A DNA stretch of 64,000 bases from Anaeromyces robustus (Eukaryota). Shown one piece after another: positions 59,901-64,000 of the stretch (position 1 is its first letter; every line of letters starts with the position of its first letter). The position numbers and the translations under genes were made by a program. Location of the stretch: contig MCFG01000012.1 in the NCBI GenBank assembly GCA_002104895.1, forward strand, positions 186,001-250,000, written 5' to 3'. The notes below the pieces were generated by a model. It did not search any database. It had not been told where the DNA came from and saw nothing but the letters and a program-made list of their open reading frames with translations.

Positions 59901-62467
59901 TATCAGATATACTCTTATTTGGGAAGAAATATTTCGAAGAATAATTAATAGTGTTTATTGTGGTATTTACAATAGTTTCAAATGATTCATTAATAATTGA
60001 TAGTGTATTATGCAAACCACTTTTATTTTCATATTCTTTTTCAATTTTTAATGCTGTATTTATCAATATATAAGCTAATTTACGATGTACAGATATAGGT
60101 AAAAATAAACTAGTACTATTTAAATTACTTTCTTTTGGTATATACATAGATGATGTTAAAGATATTACAGGCTCCTTTTTACTTTTTAAATAGTCTTCTT
60201 TTAGATTTTCAGATGAATTTGGCAAATTTAAATTATGTGAAGTTGAATGATCATCTAATAAAATATCACCAGCTGTATCATTATTATTTCCACTACTACT
60301 ACCATTTAATAATTCATCTAACTTTGAATCTGTAAGATCTTCATCATTCAAAAGTGCATCTACATCAAAGTCATCATCATCATTTCCACCGTCATCATGA
60401 TTCTTATTACCAATATTATTTTCTTCATCATCATCTTTTATTGGATAACCTAAATTTAAATTTTGAATAACAAATTGTGAAAATTTAAAACGATCACTAT
60501 CAATAGATTGAGTTAAAAATGATTCTAGTATAGCCAATTCTTCCAAATTAATTTGATATTTATAAAGTGGCAATGATTTAAAAAGATAAATACTCATGGA
60601 ACCAATGGATTTATAATTTTGGTTTACTAAACGTAAAAGGAAAGCAATAAGGGGTGGATGTTGATCACAAAGACAAACAAAGTAATCTAATGTTATTTTA
60701 TACATATCTTCACGATAGTTATTATTTATATATGAAATATCAAAGATAACAAAAAGAACAACATTCATTAACTTTATCATAAGTAATTCTTCTGCATTAT
60801 ATATCATTTGAGATAATTCCTTATTATATTTTCCAAATTTTTTATGACGAGATAATGCTAAACTAACCAAACAGCGAACAATAGAAAGAGCTTCATTTGG
60901 ATTTTCTTCAAATGGTCTATTGAAATTATTAATGAAATCAGAATTACTTAAAATTGTATAAATGGAATGTTCCAGTTTTTCATTTAAAAGTTTTACAAAA
61001 TCATTTGTAGATAATTTAAAATGGAAAATACAACCTAAAATATTCCAACATGACATAGTGGACATAGCATGAAATGGAATATCTACTAAATATTGCCAAA
61101 TATCTGCATTTGGACAATCCATGAAAATTCTAAATGATTTTAATATAAAACCATCAATTTCATTTTGAATTTTAGTTTTAATATAACCATTTGATATTTC
61201 ATCTTCATCAAGTAATAAATCAGGATGTTTACTATTATTATTTTGATCTATTTTAGTTTGACTATTATTATTATTATTATTGTTATTACTGTTATTATTA
61301 TTTTTTTTATTAGTTTTTACCTCTTTGTTAAATTTTAATATAGATTCAAAAGTTTCACCATAAAAAACAGTAATACGTGAAAGAATATATCCCAATTTTT
61401 TCACTAAAAGAGGATATAAATGTACATTAAAAGTATGAAATGAATTCTTTAAAATATCTAGTAAAAGATTAGAAACAGAAATGATTTTAAGTATATATTG
61501 ATTGGCATGAATAATATGTCCATTAGAATAATTATCTTTATAATTAACAATCATACAATTAACAAATCCATAATAATGATCTAATACATTAAATTGACTA
61601 AGAAGTGAAAGATAATCATCTTCAGTAATATAAGAGAGATTTATTGGACCTTCAAAATTAATCTCTCTAATAACTTCCCAATTTCCTTGGATTTCTAATT
61701 GTTTGAAACTTTCTTCTAACAATTTTTCATGTTCCAATTTTTGATCATGAATTTCTTTTATTTCTTCTACTGGTAATAAAAAGGTATTCAAACGAGTAAT
61801 AAATTCATTTATACATTGATCATTCCAAGATTTATTATTATATGAAACTTGAATGAAGTGAGAGCCCCAAGAACTAATATTTTTTGTTCTTAAAGCTTGT
61901 AAAAGAATAAATTGATGAAGATTAAAATCATCTAAAGTTAAAAGGCAAGCAACTAATTGACTAATCCATTTTTTAAGATTTTTCAAAAAAGTAGATATAG
62001 TACATTTTGTAGTTTTACTTTTGACTTTAAAATCTTTTGTTATATATATGTTATTAATATTGATATCTATAGTATCAGATTCATCTTGATTTTCATTTGT
62101 TTCTGTTATAGAATTTACTTTATTATTATCTTCTTTTCCTTCTCCTTCTTCTTTAAAATTATCATTAATACTTTCATTCATCGATTCAAATATTTCTTGT
62201 GTAAATTCATGATCTTTATATTTCCTTACAAAATGAAATAAAATATTTAAATATTTCTTCATTTTTTCAATTGTTAAAGTTTTAGGATCCTTTGAGTTAT
62301 CTTGCTCTTTTTCATCTATTAATTTATCATTATTTTTAATGTTGTTTTCTTTATCACACTCCTTATTATTTTGAGTTGAATTATCACTATTACTTGAATT
62401 ATTATTAGAGTTTTTATTATTATTATTAGTTTCTTGTTTCTTTTTATCTTCTTGATTATTACTATCA

Positions 62468-62499
<32 letters not shown>

Positions 62500-64000
62500 T
62501 GTTTCTTGTTTCTTTTGATCTTCTTTATTATTTTTATTAGTATTATCCTGGCTTTTATTTGAACTTGTATTTACATTTGTACTTTTATCTGTATCTTTAT
62601 TTGCTTTTGAATTATTAATATTATTAGTATTATTAGTATTATCTGTTGTTCCAACCTTTTTAATATCTTCCTTTTTATTATCTTCCTTTTTATTATCTTT
62701 TACAATGCTATCTTTTTCTTTATTATTTTCTTTGTTTTTAGTTTCGTTCTTAACATTTTTATCTTTATTTTCGGCTTTATTCTTATCATTAACAAAAGAA
62801 TAATATATTAATTCATAAAGATAATTATCAATCCATTTTTTCTCTTCCTCAACTTTAAATTGTAAATCTGAAAGTTGATTCAAAAGATCAATAAATTCTT
62901 TAAATCCATCAGAAAGATGTGTCATTACTTCTTCATCAATAGAAGTTAATTCCGTAACATATTGAAATGAAAATCGTACTCCATCACCACAAGTACGACT
63001 GATATTTTTCAAAATTTGTTCAAATTTCCATGAATTACTAATATTTTGATTTATTTCTAATATTTTACGATTAACAAGTGACTTTGATGTTTGAAATTCA
63101 TAAATTAAATCTTCATAATTTTTAATATGATTATAAAAATTAGAGTTTAATTTTTCCATTTGTTTTCTAAATATTTTAACTTTTTGTTCATGGTTCATCA
63201 TTTCTTTATTATTAAACATTGTACTAAGTTGAGGTTCAGTTAATGAATATGTATAAAGTTTATTAATTTCCTCTTTATTATAAATAATTTCTTTTTTCTT
63301 TTTATGTTTATTTTGTTTTTGATCCTCTGCCTCTTCATTCATATAGAATAATATACTTTCTGAAGGAGCTGATGGAACAAAAACAAAATCTTGATCATTA
63401 TTTAAATATTCAGCAGGAAAAACTGATGTCATTGGTGCTGTTGGGTATTGAGCATTATATACATTCATTAAATTATTAATTTCATTAATAACATTAGTAT
63501 TATCTTCATGAATACGAATATCAGATACTTTTGGTGAAATATCTAAACTTGGATATATATTGGTATAAGATGTTTGAGTTAATAATGATGGTGTATTAAT
63601 TTTAATATTATCATTATTTATAATAGAATTTGTGGTGGTAACATTTGATTGTAAATTTTCTTTATACTCTGAAATTTCTTCTTGATTATTTTCTGATGAA
63701 ATTTCTTCAATAAGAACTTTATTTTTTACCTCTTCCTGTTTTTGTTTTTTTTCTTCAGAATCTTCAGGTTTTAATGGTACTTGATTTGGATCTTTATTAA
63801 TATTTTCATCTTCTTTTTATATATAAAAATGTATATATATAAAAATATAAAATAATTAATAATTTAAATAAACTAATTAATTACGAATATATAACAATAA
63901 TAAATCAATATATAAAAATAAAAAATAAAAAAAAAAAAAAAAAGAAAAAAAAAAAAAAAAACCCAAATTCTAATCTTACTGTCTTTAATTTCTTTATCTT
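53908..64000 (-). CDS. EPG5: Ectopic P-granules protein 5 homolog (autophagosome-lysosome tether); 5' end outside the window
   Basis: One exon 53908-63812 (open frame extends upstream of the listed ORF), intron 63813-63979, and an upstream exon running off the window. Recalled EPG5-like motifs: TCGDGV, WISQLVACLL..LHQFILLQALRT..SWGSHFIQ, EDDYLSLLSQF, WQYLVDIPF, YLFKSLPL, LFLPISVHRKLA, IYKWAKEILILPVDHELMPLYLQIFFSLY. Confidence 0.85.

Noticed and set aside
54062..62241. Small plus-strand ORFs inside EPG5
   Set aside because: Antisense shadows of a long coding exon with no recognisable features.

Overview
Extremely AT-rich, microsatellite-laden eukaryotic DNA with many short GT-AG introns. The composition and a solute-binding-protein/7TM receptor fusion point to an anaerobic gut fungus (Neocallimastigomycota); this taxonomic call is an inference. 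Spliced protein genes reconstructed by eye: a 5'-truncated low-complexity coiled-coil gene, DPM2 plus a frameshifted tandem copy, MAP2, delta-COP, CLU1, HGH1, an unnamed protein with two PH-like repeats and a RING finger, ZGPAT, an SBP-7TM receptor, an ERGIC-53/EMP47-type lectin, proteasome beta5, and EPG5 (5'-truncated, one ~9.9 kb exon). The window also holds a decayed LINE reverse-transcriptase remnant and an unidentified stop-riddled relic. The most notable non-coding finding is a minus-strand ncRNA locus between CLU1 and HGH1. It carries a clear box C/D snoRNA (SNORD60/snR48-like) and a ~300-nt highly structured RNA with an H/ACA-like layout that I could not assign to a known family. Exon borders and folds were read by eye; no searches were run.
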